From NCBI RefSeq assembly GCF_018977255.1, contig NW_024704742.1:57538001-57602000 (forward strand): a DNA stretch of 64,000 nt. Reading direction: 5' to 3'. Numbering within the stretch: position 1 is the first letter of the stretch; every line of letters starts with the position of its first letter. Both the position numbers and the translations under genes were made by a program. Source of the stretch: Callorhinchus milii (lineage: Eukaryota). This document shows positions 62,855 to 64,000 of this stretch, one piece after another. A model generated the notes under the pieces. It was not told the DNA's origin, did no database searches, and saw only the letters and a program-made list of their open reading frames with translations.

Positions 62855-63278
62855 GGGTGTCAGCTTAGCACAGTGATTCTCGCCTCTGATTCAGAAGGTT
62901 GTGGGTTTAAGCCCCACATGAGGACTTGGTCTAAGTTGACACTCCAATGCAGTGCGGGGGGAGTGTTGCATTGTTGGAGGTGCCATCCTTCGGGTGAAAC
63001 ATTAAACCGAGGTCCCATTTGACTGTTCAGGTGAATGTTGAAAAACCCATGGCACTATTCGAAAAGAGAAGGGAGTTATCCCGGTTTTCCAGCCAACAAA
63101 CCCCCAAATAAAATTGGTTATTCACTCCATGTCTGTTTATGGGACATTACTATGCACAACTGGCTGCCATGTTTTGCCCACAAAATACACGGTCAATCCA
63201 CTTTACAGTATATCCTGTGAAGCACTTTGAAACGTCTCAACGATGTGATAAGGCGCTATATCAAATGCAAGGATTATT
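62855..63278 (+). mobile_element. DeuSINE-type SINE, full length
   Basis: TGACACTCCAATGCAGTG...GGAGGTGCCATCCTTCGGGTGAAACATTAAACCGAGG...CCCATGGCACTATTCG; tail. Confidence 0.82.
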
Positions 63279-64000
63279 TTATGAAAATATACTGTAACAG
63301 GGGATTTACCAAAAATACCAACTCATCAGTTTGCGGAAAACTGTTGTGTGGAAATTTACTGCTGCATTTGCCTGCAAAATACAGAGTCACTGCACAGTAA
63401 ATCCTGTTAAGCACTTTGGGATGTCTGCTTGACGTGAAAGGTGCTTTATCAAATGTTAGGATTATTATCTTCCCCTCATCTGACTCCAATATAGATTGTA
63501 CTATGAAGTATTTGATGATCTTAGTCTATATTTGCTTCTAAACAGTAAAAGTGTTCCCAATTTAATATTTATGATAATAATAATGATCCTTGTATTTCAT
63601 ATAGCGCTTTATCATGTCATTGAGACATCTCAAAGTGCTTCACGGGATATACTGTATAGTGGATTGACTGTGTGTTTTGTGGGAGAAATTTATGGAGTTT
63701 TTTAGGATTTAATCAATAAAATACCTCAAAATGAATCAGTGATATACATCATTGCCTTTTGCTGAGAATTTTTGGACAATTCTCTAGTCCTGTTTGAGGC
63801 CAGATAATTCTGAGCTTGTTTCCAGATCTGTTTAGTCGAATATGTCTGCATCATCTTTGTTACTCGACCTCTTAAAAGATCTGAAGTGTGTACGCTGGCT
63901 CTGAATCTGCTTTGTTCACCTACAAAATACAGTAAATTGGGTGAAGATGAGATGAAAATCACCATGTGAAATGCAAGGATTATTATTATTGATAACAATA

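Noticed and set aside
1..64000. CRISPR array or prokaryotic RT/defence system suggested by recurring repeats and YADD motifs
   Set aside because: The repeats are dispersed SINE/LINE tails without regular spacers, the RTs are L2/CR1 ORF2 fragments, and the DNA contains spliceosomal genes
46735..64000. STOX2 first coding exon
   Set aside because: I found no match to the recalled N-terminus (MKKTRS...GYMTSG) by eye; it is probably beyond the window, though a diverged or non-coding exon cannot be excluded

Overview
Vertebrate genomic DNA rich in introns and repeats; it is not prokaryotic. The repeat content (tRNA-Ala/Deu-type SINEs with (ATT)n tails, L2 and CR1 LINEs) suggests a cartilaginous fish, plausibly a holocephalan, which is an inference. 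Two protein-coding genes lie on the minus strand in tandem. (1) STOX2: three coding exons (46582-46734, 32958-35217, 30721-30910) and a ~3.2 kb putative 3'UTR; the 5' exon(s) were not found and probably lie beyond the right edge. (2) A CDHR2/CDHR1/CDH23-type cadherin gene that the ORF track almost entirely misses. I reconstructed it by hand as 12 phase-compatible GT-AG exons (16374 to 3128, 443 uninterrupted codons: signal peptide, EC1-EC3 and most of EC4), running off the left edge. The rest is transposon-derived: many L2 and CR1 fragments, several SINE families, a hAT (Charlie/SPIN/Buster-like) element with TIRs and a perfect 8-bp TSD, a Tigger-like MITE and several palindromic relics. The best candidate for novelty is the cadherin, which may be a divergent STOX2-linked paralog rather than the true CDHR2 ortholog. 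Comparisons to human proteins and repeat consensuses are from memory, not from database searches, and repeat boundaries are approximate.
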